Both the position numbers and the translations under genes were made by a program. The notes under the pieces are model-generated. The model saw only the letters and a list, made by a program, of their open reading frames with translations. It was not told the origin of the DNA and searched no databases. A stretch of DNA of 64,000 nt from assembly GCA_902788485.1 (NCBI GenBank), contig CADAKI010000002.1, positions 25,205-89,204 on the forward strand, given 5' to 3'. Positions 1 to 9,819 of this stretch are shown here, piece by piece; within the stretch, counting starts at the first letter, position 1, and the number at the start of each line of letters is the position of its first letter. The stretch comes from an uncultured Pseudomonadota bacterium. GTDB lineage: Bacteria; Pseudomonadota; Alphaproteobacteria; Rs-D84.

Positions 1-99
1 ACAGGCACACCGTAATAACCATCAATGCGAAAATATAGGTTGTCATTTGAAAATCCTTTGCTAAAATCAATATGTAATAGATTATAAAGGATTTTATAT

Positions 100-603
100 A
101 TGTTGCAAATGAAACTTTGTGGTGACCCAATTTTGCGGACGACATGTGCGCCGGTTGACGAAATAAACGACGAACTGCGTGCGACAATGGACGCAATGGT
201 TGCAATGATGCGCGAACAAAGTGGCGTTGGACTTGCCGCGCCCCAGGTTGGCATTACACAACGTTTCTTGGTTATGATGACGCCTGATGATGAAAAAATT
301 TTCAAAATGATAAATCCGCGTATCGTATCATATGGCGATAAAACCTGCATAATGGAAGAGGGCTGCCTGTCCGTCCTGGGGGGTGATAATTTACCGGTTT
401 ATGCAAATGTGACGCGTCCGGAATCTGTGGTCGTTGAATGGACAAATGAAAATGGCGAACAAATGTCCGCCGAAATGTCCGGTGTGCCGGCGCGCATTGT
501 GCAACACGAAACGGACCATTTGGATGGAAAATTATTTATTGATTATTTATCTGGCGCGCGCCGCGAAATGGTTATGCGCCGTGTGCGGAGGCATAAAAAA
601 TGA
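100..603 (+). CDS. def: peptide deformylase
   Basis: Motifs GLAAPQVGI, EGCLS and HETDHLDG (metal-binding HExxH) are present. It is followed directly by fmt. Confidence 0.9.
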   Translation: MLQMKLCGDPILRTTCAPVDEINDELRATMDAMVAMMREQSGVGLAAPQVGITQRFLVMMTPDDEKIFKMINPRIVSYGDKTCIMEEGCLSVLGGDNLPVYANVTRPESVVVEWTNENGEQMSAEMSGVPARIVQHETDHLDGKLFIDYLSGARREMVMRRVRRHKK

Positions 604-1406
604 AACTGGTTTTAATGGGAACAAATGATTTTGTTGTGCCTGTGTTTGACGCGTTGCGTAAAAAGCATGATATTGTGTCGGTGTTCACGCGTGCGCCAAA
701 ACCGGTTGGTCGCAAACAAATTTTAACCCCGTCACCGGTGCAAATCTGGGCGGAAACACATGGTATCCCGGTGCATAATAAAATCCGCGAATTTGAACCA
801 AATGGTGCGGATTATGTTTTTGTGATGTCGTATGGTGTAATTGTGCCTGACGATATTTTGTCGCAATCCAGGTTTATAAATATTCATCCCTCGGCCTTGC
901 CAAAATATCGTGGTCCGTCACCAATACGCACGGCAATAAAAAACGGTGATGAAAAATCTGCGGTATGTTTAATGAAAATGACGCACGAATGTGATGCCGG
1001 TGATATTTATATGTGTCGTGAATTTGACATCGGTGCGGACGACACAAACGATGTGGTTGAAAACAAAGTGTCTGAAATTTCAATCGAAATGTTGAACGAA
1101 TTTTTTGCCGCACCATCTGAATTTCACACCACGCCTCAAACCGGCACGCCAACATACACAAAAAAATTCACCGGTGCCGATGAAATAATCGATTGGTCAA
1201 AATCACCAATCGAAATTCATAACTTGGTGCGCGCACTGGGGGCGGGGCGCACAAAAATAAACGGCACGGATGTCAAAATATTAAAAACCAAAATCGAAAA
1301 TGGTGAATTAAAGATTTTGGAATTGCAACCGGCGGGTAAAAAACCAATGGATTGGAAAAGTTTCGTAAACGGCCGGCAATGTGCAGAAATAAAATACGGG
1401 AAATAA
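600..1406 (+). CDS. fmt: methionyl-tRNA formyltransferase (somewhat short, 268 aa)
   Basis: N-terminal formyltransferase fold with SAL(P)KYRG-like region. It is coupled to def by a 4-nt overlap, the conserved def-fmt order. Confidence 0.85.
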   Translation: MKLVLMGTNDFVVPVFDALRKKHDIVSVFTRAPKPVGRKQILTPSPVQIWAETHGIPVHNKIREFEPNGADYVFVMSYGVIVPDDILSQSRFINIHPSALPKYRGPSPIRTAIKNGDEKSAVCLMKMTHECDAGDIYMCREFDIGADDTNDVVENKVSEISIEMLNEFFAAPSEFHTTPQTGTPTYTKKFTGADEIIDWSKSPIEIHNLVRALGAGRTKINGTDVKILKTKIENGELKILELQPAGKKPMDWKSFVNGRQCAEIKYGK

Positions 1407-1448
1407 TTTTTTATGCGGAGAGGGATAAAGAGCATAAAAGGAAACGAA

Positions 1449-1673
1449 ATGGATGCAAAAGATTATGGTAAAACGGCAACATGTGGGGTAAATGGCGCGG
1501 ATGTCGTTGTGTCGACTTACAACGCAAAATGCCCGTGCCTGAATTGTGTGGGATGTAAAGATTCAGATAATAAAAAACCGTGTGCATGGCGGCACGTTTT
1601 GGAAATCAGCCCATGCACAAATGAAGATATGCGCGCAACGATGTGTGTAAATTGCATTAAAAAACAAAGGTAA
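1449..1673 (+). CDS. small Cys-rich hypothetical protein (74 aa, 9 Cys incl. CPCxxCxxC and CxxC)
   Basis: ORF fits tightly between fmt and truA on the same strand. An AAGGA RBS lies about 9 nt upstream of the ATG at 1449. The longer track ORF starts at 1413. Confidence 0.35.
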   Translation: MDAKDYGKTATCGVNGADVVVSTYNAKCPCLNCVGCKDSDNKKPCAWRHVLEISPCTNEDMRATMCVNCIKKQR

Positions 1674-1676
1674 AAA

Positions 1677-2420
1677 ATGACGCGATATAAAATGACATTG
1701 GAATATGACGGCACGAATTTAATCGGGTGGCAAGAAAACCTGGACGGCCCATCTGTGCAGTCGGTTTTAATGGATGCATTTGAAAAATTTTGTGGTTTGC
1801 GCCCAACCATATTTGGTGCCGGGCGCACAGATTCCGGTGTGCATGCCGTATGCATGACGGCACATTTTGATTTGGAACCGGACTATGACGCCGACACAAT
1901 TATGCGCGCATTAAATTTTTATTTGATGCACGAACCGGTGTCTGTTTTATCTTGTGAAATTGTTGATGATGATTTTCATGCGCGTTTTTCTTGCACGGCG
2001 CGTCATTATAAATATGTTGTATTAAATCGTTCGGCACCACCGGTTTTGGAAAAAAATCGTGTTTGGTGGGTGCCACAAAAATTAGATGTTGCGGCAATGC
2101 GCGCGGCGGCAAAAAAAATGTTAGGATTGCATGATTTTACATCTTTTCGTGCCGTCCATTGCCAGGCCAAAAGTCCGATAAAAACACTGGACCAATTAGA
2201 CATCACGGTTGATGGCGACCGCATAATTTTTGAATTGTCTGCGCGTTCGTTTTTACATCACATGGTGCGCAATATTGTTGGAACATTGATTGAAATTGGC
2301 GTTGGTAAACCATACGATATCGATGAAATTTTTGCGGCAAAAAATCGTACCGCTGCGGGTCCGGCGGCGCCGGCATCGGGACTGTATTTTATTCGTGCGG
2401 ATTATTCCACCAACGATTAA
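1677..2420 (+). CDS. truA: tRNA pseudouridine(38-40) synthase
   Basis: TruA family: a GAGRTDSGVHA catalytic Asp motif and a length of 247 aa. Confidence 0.9.
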   Translation: MTRYKMTLEYDGTNLIGWQENLDGPSVQSVLMDAFEKFCGLRPTIFGAGRTDSGVHAVCMTAHFDLEPDYDADTIMRALNFYLMHEPVSVLSCEIVDDDFHARFSCTARHYKYVVLNRSAPPVLEKNRVWWVPQKLDVAAMRAAAKKMLGLHDFTSFRAVHCQAKSPIKTLDQLDITVDGDRIIFELSARSFLHHMVRNIVGTLIEIGVGKPYDIDEIFAAKNRTAAGPAAPASGLYFIRADYSTND

Positions 2421-4365
2421 AAGGTGTTTTTTCTAATTTCCCAGATTTATAAATCACAAACCCATTGTGCAAAATTTTGTGATTGCATTTTGGCGCCGAT
2501 ATATCAAAGAAAGACACAATAAAATCTATATCGTCATCACGACATAAATTCACAATGTTTTTATGCAGTGGCACAAATTTTTGTATATATGCCAGGGTCC
2601 ATTTTTCCGATTTATATATGCACACACCATCCGGACATTTGCGACGAATATTTGTGTCTTGCGCCGCTTCATTATTCAATTTACGGAAAGTATTAAATGC
2701 GAAATAATGATTTGATGCGCGTGCCTTATTAAATTCCAGTTTCTCATCATACACCATACCAATCAATTCATGGTCACCTGTTGCATAAAATACAGGTGTT
2801 TCGCGCGCGGCAACAATTACGCATCCAATCGCGACACATAATACACACAACAAATAATTTGCATGGCGATAAACGAAATTTTTGGAATCAGACACCGGTT
2901 TTATTAAAATCAACAACACTAACCCAACTACAAAAAACACAAATGCGTTTGTTGGAATGTGCGGCATTACGATGTTTGCCATTGGCAACGCAACAATTTT
3001 ATTTGCAATCATGAACGCGAAATTATAAATACTCATCGCGACATTTAATAATAAATGTCCATGGAACATCGCGCATATTGTGCCAATCAAAACCAACGGC
3101 ATAATCGCGACAGAAAATATCGGCAATAAAATTAAATTTCCAATCAAACTATACATCGGTATCAAATTAAAATGTGTTGCGATAAATGGCATTGTGAAAA
3201 TCGTCGCAATAATAGATGTCATGGTCGCCACATAAAATCCATTTTTTATTTTTGCAATGCGTGTTTTAGAATCAAATTTTTTATCGCCAAAAAACCAAAT
3301 TAAACCAAATATTGCCGCAAAAGATAATTGAAACCCGGGTTGTGTCACAAAGTGTGGATTTACCAAAAATAAAATTAAAAACGCGATTGAAATATTGCGC
3401 ATTGATATCGCACTGCGTCCCAACAATAACGCCAAAAATAATACAGATGTCATCAAAAATGCGCGCCATGTTGCAACACCGAATCCAGACATACAAACAT
3501 ATAAAAATAATAACACCCACGCACAAATTGTTGCCGTGTATCGCGCCGGAAAACGCCTGGTTAAAAATCCGCATCCGCGCATCAGAAAATAAAATATTGC
3601 AAATAACCATCCACCAATCAGTGTCATGTGAAAACCACTGATTGACCAAATGTGCCCAACACCGGCGGTGGTCCAAATTTGTTTGTGTGTTATCGGTACA
3701 GAATTTTTATACCCCAACACCAACCCATCGGTTAGAAAAGAATTTGCGCGATTATGGATTGTATCGCGTAATTGATTTATGTTTGCCCCTGATACATGTG
3801 ATATGACGTTATAATCATCAATAAACCCATTTGCGGTCAAATTATTAAAATATGCCCAACGCGCATAATCGAAAGTTTCCGGTGCCTCAATCGATGCCGG
3901 CGGAAATAAAAACGCATGTGCCGAAATTACATCACCAATTTGTGGCGTCGTCGCGCCATTGGAAACAGTGACGCGAACATTTGCATCGCGCGACACACCC
4001 AAATCAGACGCCGGTACACGCAACATTATACGCGTTTTTTCATCTGAAAAATCAATGTTTGTAATTGTTGCCGTAATATTTTTATCGCGCAGTGCATATT
4101 TTAATACCGGTGTTGACACAATGATATGTGTATAAAATGCCGCATATAAAAATCCGCACACAAAACACATAAACGCGCGAAATAAAAAATTCATTTTTGC
4201 AAACAATAAAATTATAACGGCGGTAACAAAAGCCACAGGCATAAATTTGATATTGGGTTCAACCGGCATAATAAAATACAATCCCGCACCAAATGCCAAT
4301 AAAAACGGCACCCATAAAAATTTATCGTTAAATTGTTTGTTCAGGAATTCTGTCATAATCAACAT
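2389..4365 (-). CDS. comEC: ComEC/Rec2 family competence membrane protein (no metallo-beta-lactamase domain)
   Basis: Multi-TM competence-domain core and N-terminal DUF4131-like region. The C-terminus lacks the HxHxDH motif. It overlaps the truA end convergently by 32 nt. Confidence 0.65.
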   Translation of the reverse strand: MLIMTEFLNKQFNDKFLWVPFLLAFGAGLYFIMPVEPNIKFMPVAFVTAVIILLFAKMNFLFRAFMCFVCGFLYAAFYTHIIVSTPVLKYALRDKNITATITNIDFSDEKTRIMLRVPASDLGVSRDANVRVTVSNGATTPQIGDVISAHAFLFPPASIEAPETFDYARWAYFNNLTANGFIDDYNVISHVSGANINQLRDTIHNRANSFLTDGLVLGYKNSVPITHKQIWTTAGVGHIWSISGFHMTLIGGWLFAIFYFLMRGCGFLTRRFPARYTATICAWVLLFLYVCMSGFGVATWRAFLMTSVLFLALLLGRSAISMRNISIAFLILFLVNPHFVTQPGFQLSFAAIFGLIWFFGDKKFDSKTRIAKIKNGFYVATMTSIIATIFTMPFIATHFNLIPMYSLIGNLILLPIFSVAIMPLVLIGTICAMFHGHLLLNVAMSIYNFAFMIANKIVALPMANIVMPHIPTNAFVFFVVGLVLLILIKPVSDSKNFVYRHANYLLCVLCVAIGCVIVAARETPVFYATGDHELIGMVYDEKLEFNKARASNHYFAFNTFRKLNNEAAQDTNIRRKCPDGVCIYKSEKWTLAYIQKFVPLHKNIVNLCRDDDIDFIVSFFDISAPKCNHKILHNGFVIYKSGKLEKTPFNRWWNNPHE

Positions 4366-4433
4366 TATAAAATTTTATACTTGCGTCGCAATTAATATTT
4401 TTTATACGATAATATTACATAAGGAGAAAACTT

Positions 4434-6002
4434 ATGTCGAAATATATCTTTGTCACCGGTGGTGTAGTTTCCAGTTTAGGCAAGGGCGTTTCAGCGGCAT
4501 CGTTGGGCGCCCTTCTTCAATCCCGTGGATACAGTGTCCATGTTCGTAAATTTGACCCATATTTGAATATTGATCCGGGGACGATGTCACCCTTGCAACA
4601 TGGCGAGGTTTATGTCACCAATGACGGCCATGAAACAGACCTGGATTTGGGATATTATGAACGTTTTTTGAATATTAAATTGTCGCGTAATGATTCTGTA
4701 TCTGGTGGGCGCATATATTGGGATGTATTAAATGCGGAACGGCGTGGGGAATACCTGGGGTCGACGGTGCAAATGATTCCGCATGTCAGCAATAAAATCA
4801 AAGAATACATTGGTGCACCCACGGGAACCGATTTTGTAATTTGTGAAATTGGTGGCACCGTTGGCGATATCGAAGGCAAAATATTCTTGGAATCCATACG
4901 TCAATTTGCAAATGATATTGGTCGCCGTAATGTGTTGTTTGCGCATTTAACATTGGCGCCATATTTGGAACAAAGTGGTGAATTAAAAACAAAACCGACA
5001 CAAATGTCTGTGCGTAGATTGTTGGAAAACGGAATCCAGGCGGATATTTTATTTGTTCGTTCACCACGTATGTTGACCGATGACGAACGGGCAAAAATCG
5101 GCATGTTTTGTAATTTGCCATCAAAAAATGTCATAACCAGTATGGATGTTGATAATATTTATAAAATCCCACTGGGGTATGATGCGCAACATGTATTTGA
5201 TATCATGGCGGAACATTTTGGTTTGCCAAATGCGTCGGGCAATATGTCAAAATTTACCAAGATAAAACATTACCTGGAATCTGATTTACCGGTATGCACG
5301 ATTGGGGTTGTTGGTAAATATTTTGATATTTCCGATGCGTATAAATCTTTGAACGAGGCGTTGTTCCATGCCGCCATGCAAAACAATGTCCAAATAAAAA
5401 TTAAAAAAATAAATGCAGAAACATTTTCGCCCGATGATTGTATCGGTGTTGATGGAATTTTAATTCCGGGCGGTTTTGGAACGCGTGGTGTCGAAGGAAA
5501 AATTGCTGCCGCTGGATACGCACGTGAAAACAATATTCCATTTATGGGGATATGCCTGGGGATGCAGGTTTCTGTTATTGAATTTATGCGAAATGTTGTG
5601 GGTGATAAAAATGCAAATTCTACAGAATTCGCCAAAGATTGCACACCGGTTGTTTATATTATGCCTGATTGTAATCGTGACAATATGGGCGGAACATTGC
5701 GATTGGGGGCATATCCGTGCAAAATTAAACATGGAACATTGGCGGAACGCATTTATGGCACGACCGAAATTTCTGAACGGCACCGTCATCGGTACGAGGT
5801 TAATATGGAATACAAAGATGTGTTGGAAAAAGCGGGCATGATAATATCCGGTATGTCGCCAGATGGTAAATTGCCAGAAATTATTGAAATACCATCGCAT
5901 AAATTTTTTATTGCCGGTCAATTTCATCCAGAATTCCAAAGCAATCCATACACCGGTCACCCGATGTTTAATGCATTTGTTGCCGCCGCAATGAAAAAGT
6001 AA
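4434..6002 (+). CDS. pyrG: CTP synthase
   Basis: N-terminal MSKYIFVTGGVVSSLGKG and the C-terminal glutamine amidotransferase GICLGMQ motif. Confidence 0.95.
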   Translation: MSKYIFVTGGVVSSLGKGVSAASLGALLQSRGYSVHVRKFDPYLNIDPGTMSPLQHGEVYVTNDGHETDLDLGYYERFLNIKLSRNDSVSGGRIYWDVLNAERRGEYLGSTVQMIPHVSNKIKEYIGAPTGTDFVICEIGGTVGDIEGKIFLESIRQFANDIGRRNVLFAHLTLAPYLEQSGELKTKPTQMSVRRLLENGIQADILFVRSPRMLTDDERAKIGMFCNLPSKNVITSMDVDNIYKIPLGYDAQHVFDIMAEHFGLPNASGNMSKFTKIKHYLESDLPVCTIGVVGKYFDISDAYKSLNEALFHAAMQNNVQIKIKKINAETFSPDDCIGVDGILIPGGFGTRGVEGKIAAAGYARENNIPFMGICLGMQVSVIEFMRNVVGDKNANSTEFAKDCTPVVYIMPDCNRDNMGGTLRLGAYPCKIKHGTLAERIYGTTEISERHRHRYEVNMEYKDVLEKAGMIISGMSPDGKLPEIIEIPSHKFFIAGQFHPEFQSNPYTGHPMFNAFVAAAMKK

Positions 6003-6004
6003 AA

Positions 6005-6319
6005 TTATTTGCCGAAAATAAAATCGGGATTTGTACTTAATGCGATAATGGCATCCATGTTGTCATTATCGCTAACTTTTTGGCGAATTGTTTTGCCACA
6101 TTTTTGACATTTATGAATAATAACAAATACCCCGGAATCCTGTTCCACAGATACAGGTTCCATCATACCCCCGCATGTCGATTGTCTGTCACCGGGATTG
6201 TTATCCACATGGCGCGACCACAGGCAATTTGGACAATGATTTGTATATCCATTGCCACGAACAACTGCGCCACAATGGGCGCAGTCAAAATTTTCAACGC
6301 GTTTAATAAACTGTTTCAT
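6005..6319 (-). CDS. RNHCP domain protein
   Basis: Contains the literal RNHCP motif: HCPNCLWSRHVDNNPGDRQSTCGGMMEP plus additional CxxC pairs. Confidence 0.5.
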   Translation of the reverse strand: MKQFIKRVENFDCAHCGAVVRGNGYTNHCPNCLWSRHVDNNPGDRQSTCGGMMEPVSVEQDSGVFVIIHKCQKCGKTIRQKVSDNDNMDAIIALSTNPDFIFGK

Positions 6320-6323
6320 AAAA

Positions 6324-6572
6324 TTAAATACCCAATGCGTCGCGATACATTTTTGTTAATTCATCTGCTTCGTCCAATTCATCTGGGTCTAATTTGCGCA
6401 AACGAATCATCTGGCGGATATATTTTGGATCATATCCGGCAGATTTTGCCTCGGAATAAATTTCTTTGATATCGGCGGCAATATTTGCCGTATCCTCGTT
6501 TAATTTTTCGATTCTTTCGATAATAGATAATAATTGTTGGTTGTCAAATGCACCGTGATTTGCGTTTTTCAT
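6324..6572 (-). CDS. gapR: GapR / DUF2312 (UPF0335) family protein
   Basis: 82 aa. Conserved segments LxxIIERIERLxEE, AADIKEIYxEAKSxGYDxK and IRLRKLD are characteristic of the alphaproteobacterial DUF2312 family. Confidence 0.6.
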   Translation of the reverse strand: MKNANHGAFDNQQLLSIIERIEKLNEDTANIAADIKEIYSEAKSAGYDPKYIRQMIRLRKLDPDELDEADELTKMYRDALGI

Positions 6573-6595
6573 GTTTGTTTTCCCCTTGATTAAAT

Positions 6596-6624
6596 TTGCA
6601 ATAATATAATATATTATTTATGAT
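6596..6624 (+). promoter_or_regulatory. candidate sigma70 promoter TTGCAA-17-TATGAT upstream of pyk
   Basis: Hexamers seen in sequence. The AT-rich context weakens specificity. Confidence 0.3.
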
Positions 6625-6656
6625 AAAAATCAAGAAAAAGCACGGAGAGAGTTTTT

Positions 6657-8024
6657 ATGTACAAATATACCAAAATCATCGCATCGGTTGGACCAAAATC
6701 TGAAAGCCACACGGTTATAACAAAAATGGTGCGTGCGGGTGTAAATTTGTTTCGTATAAATTTCAGTCATGATACTGGTGCTATCCAGGGTAAAAAAATC
6801 GATACGATTCGTGAAGTGGCGCGCGAATTAAAAACTCCGGTTGGGGTGGTCGTTGATTTACAGGGGCCCAAACACAGAATTGGAAATTTTGCCACCGAAG
6901 ATAAATATAAATTGACCGTCGGACAAAGGTTTGTTTTTGATTCTGATGAAACACCTGGTGACAATACGCGTGTGTATTTGCCACATCCAGATGTGATTGC
7001 GTCATTGCATCCCGGCGACCGTATTTTATTGAATGATGGAAAAATCGAAATGCGTGTTGACCGAACCGAACCGACCAAGATAATTGCGACGGTTGTGCGC
7101 GGAAATGAAATTTGGTCACGGCGCGGATTTAATTTGCCGGATACTTTTGTTGATGGTTCTGTGTTGACCGATAAAGACCGTGCTGATTTAGAATATGCTA
7201 TCAAGAAAAAACCGGATTATGTTGCGGTGTCTTTTGTGCAATCTGCGGATGATATTGCATATGTTCGCGATTTCATATCGGCACGCACATCGCATAAAAT
7301 CAAAATTATTGCAAAAATCGAACGTCCACACGCGGTGCATGACATCGATAATATTGTAATGGTGGCCGATGGCATAATGATTGCGCGGGGTGATTTGGCG
7401 GTTGAAATGCCTTTTGAGCAAGTTCCCGCGATTTCGCGTCATATAATTCGTGTGTGTCGTCAAATGAATAAGCCGGTGATTGTCGCAACACAAATGTTGG
7501 CGTCCATGGTGGAATCTGAATTTCCAACCCGTGCCGAAATCAGTGATGTTGCAAATGCGGCATACCTGCGTGCGGATAGTGTTATGACATCCGAAGAAAC
7601 AACAATCGGTATAAATCCTGTGCACACGGTTGAAACGATGTCGCGTATTTTGTCCTATGCCGATATGGATACAATTGCAAATCCATACGATTGGTCGCGT
7701 ATTGATAATGTACCGGAAAATAATTGGTCGCGTTCGGTGGCGTCTATGGCGCATTTGAATAACGCGTCTGCGATTGTTGTATTTGACAGGGACGGTATTG
7801 CCACAACCGAAATATCATGCCGTCGGCCCGACATGCCAATTATCGCGGTGTGCAACGATGAAATAATTGCAAATCAGTTGTGCATAAATCGTGGTGTTTT
7901 TCCAATTTTTGATACCGAAATATTCGGTCGTCGTGATACAGATGCGGCGGTAAAAACATTAAAAATAAAAATAGGTAATGTTGTAATCGTTGACGACGGC
8001 ACAATCAGTTTGCGTGAATTATAA
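6657..8024 (+). CDS. pyk: pyruvate kinase
   Basis: Barrel plus C-terminal domain, FSHG-like INFSHD, MIARGDLAVE, and 455 aa. Confidence 0.9.
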   Translation: MYKYTKIIASVGPKSESHTVITKMVRAGVNLFRINFSHDTGAIQGKKIDTIREVARELKTPVGVVVDLQGPKHRIGNFATEDKYKLTVGQRFVFDSDETPGDNTRVYLPHPDVIASLHPGDRILLNDGKIEMRVDRTEPTKIIATVVRGNEIWSRRGFNLPDTFVDGSVLTDKDRADLEYAIKKKPDYVAVSFVQSADDIAYVRDFISARTSHKIKIIAKIERPHAVHDIDNIVMVADGIMIARGDLAVEMPFEQVPAISRHIIRVCRQMNKPVIVATQMLASMVESEFPTRAEISDVANAAYLRADSVMTSEETTIGINPVHTVETMSRILSYADMDTIANPYDWSRIDNVPENNWSRSVASMAHLNNASAIVVFDRDGIATTEISCRRPDMPIIAVCNDEIIANQLCINRGVFPIFDTEIFGRRDTDAAVKTLKIKIGNVVIVDDGTISLREL

Positions 8025-8067
8025 AATTGATTGACCGAGATATAAAAATTTTACTAACATTTTAATC

Positions 8068-9207
8068 ATGTTAAGAAAATTCCTGTTTGTTTTGCCGATT
8101 TTATTCATGTGTGGTTTTGCACATGCGGCATCATATCGTGCGGCGTTGGTTGCGGATATGGAATCTGGTCGTGTGTTGTATTCTGAAAATGCAAATGTGG
8201 CAAATTATCCGGCGAGTTTAACAAAAATAATGACATTATATTTGACATTTAATGCGCTGGAACACGGGCGGCTTCATTTGGATGATTATTTAATTGTGTC
8301 GAATGCGGCGGCGGCGGCAGAACCTGTAAAACTGGGGTTGCCTGCGGGGTCCAAGATCAAGGTCGAAGATGCGATTAAGGCCGTTGCCGTGCACAGTGCG
8401 AACGATGTTGCGCGCGTGCTGGCAGAAAATTTAAAGGGTGGCAAAGAGGGTAATTTTGCGTCGTTGATGACCCAGGTTGCAACCGAGATTGGTTTATCAA
8501 ATACAAATTTTGAAAATTCGTCGGGACTGCCGGATGATGACCATTTATCAACCGCGCGCGATATTGCATTACTGTCGGTGGCGGTATATAAACATTTTCC
8601 ACAATATTGGAAATATTTCGGAATAAAAAGTTGGACTTACAACGGTCAAACATACACAAATGGAAATCGACTGCTTTCGTCTTATCCGGGGTGCGATGGT
8701 ATGAAAACCGGGTTCACAAACAAATCAAAATATTCACTTGTTGCAACGGCGTCGCGCGACGGTCGGCATTTGATTGCGGTTGTGTTGGGTGCGGATAATA
8801 AAGATGTCCGCGCATCTGTCGCAACCAGTTTGTTGAACCGTGGTTTTAAAATGTTGGAAAATGGCACAGAACCGGTGGTATTAAACACGGCATCCGCGTC
8901 GGGTCAACAATATAACACCACGCCAATCAACGAAAACAATCCATTGGCGAAATACACAATAAATCAAAACAAAAATAATAATTTAACACCCGGTGCGTCT
9001 GGTGTTCAATTTGGTGCGTTTTCATCGCGTGACGCCGCCGCGCGCCAGGTTAAAAACGTCGAACAATCGTTGGGTGTGCATGCAACGATTGAACCGGCGT
9101 CTGGCGGATTGTTCCGTGTGCGTGTAAACAATATTTCTGAAACCTCGGCACAAAGTTTGCGTAATTCTGCGACCGCCGCCGGAATTGACAGTTATGTATT
9201 TCATTAA
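8068..9207 (+). CDS. D-alanyl-D-alanine carboxypeptidase (PBP5/6 class) with C-terminal SPOR domain
   Basis: Signal peptide; SxxK (ASLTK), SxN (SAND) and KTG (KTGFT) motifs. The C-terminal ~70 aa (GVQFGAFSSRD...FRVRVNN) resembles a SPOR peptidoglycan-binding repeat. Confidence 0.8.
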   Translation: MLRKFLFVLPILFMCGFAHAASYRAALVADMESGRVLYSENANVANYPASLTKIMTLYLTFNALEHGRLHLDDYLIVSNAAAAAEPVKLGLPAGSKIKVEDAIKAVAVHSANDVARVLAENLKGGKEGNFASLMTQVATEIGLSNTNFENSSGLPDDDHLSTARDIALLSVAVYKHFPQYWKYFGIKSWTYNGQTYTNGNRLLSSYPGCDGMKTGFTNKSKYSLVATASRDGRHLIAVVLGADNKDVRASVATSLLNRGFKMLENGTEPVVLNTASASGQQYNTTPINENNPLAKYTINQNKNNNLTPGASGVQFGAFSSRDAAARQVKNVEQSLGVHATIEPASGGLFRVRVNNISETSAQSLRNSATAAGIDSYVFH

Positions 9208-9216
9208 TGGTATTGG

Positions 9217-9819
9217 GTGTGGTATATGAATCCAAAAATAGAAAAATTGATTAAACAATTTGCGCGCCTGCCACGGGTGGGTAATCGTGCGGCAACACGC
9301 ATAGTGTTGTCTTTGCTGGCTGATAAAACGGGGCGTGCGACAACATTGGCGGAAACATTGATGGATGTATCGTCTGTAATTCGACCATGTGAAAATTGTG
9401 GTGTTTTAACAGATTCTGATACCTGCGAATTTTGTCGCGACACATCGCGCAAAAACGGAACATTATGCATTGTTCGCGATATGGGGGATGTTTGGACATT
9501 TGAAAAATCAAATGTTTTTCATGGGGCATATCATATTATTGGCGGTGTGTTATCGGGGGTGAACGGTGTGACGCCATCGGATTTAAATATTCAAAATTTA
9601 GCCGCGCGAATCAAAAACGAAAACATAACCGAGGTTATATTTGCATTACCCAACACGATAGAGGGCAAAACCACTGCGAATTATATAATGTCGGTAATTG
9701 GCGATGATAAAAATATTACTTTTTCAGAATTGGCGTCTGGTGTGCCGTTGGGTGGCGAATTGGATTATATTGACGACGGAACATTGACATTGGCATTCGG
9801 GGGGCGTAAAAAATTATGA
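9217..9819 (+). CDS. recR: recombination protein RecR
   Basis: C4 zinc finger CENCGVLTDSDTCEFC and a Toprim domain; 200 aa. Confidence 0.9.
   Translation: MWYMNPKIEKLIKQFARLPRVGNRAATRIVLSLLADKTGRATTLAETLMDVSSVIRPCENCGVLTDSDTCEFCRDTSRKNGTLCIVRDMGDVWTFEKSNVFHGAYHIIGGVLSGVNGVTPSDLNIQNLAARIKNENITEVIFALPNTIEGKTTANYIMSVIGDDKNITFSELASGVPLGGELDYIDDGTLTLAFGGRKKL

Noticed and set aside
434-628. 64-aa ORF overlapping the def 3' end and fmt 5' end
   Set aside because: Out-of-frame overlap with two conserved genes; no RBS; Cys/Arg-rich junk composition.
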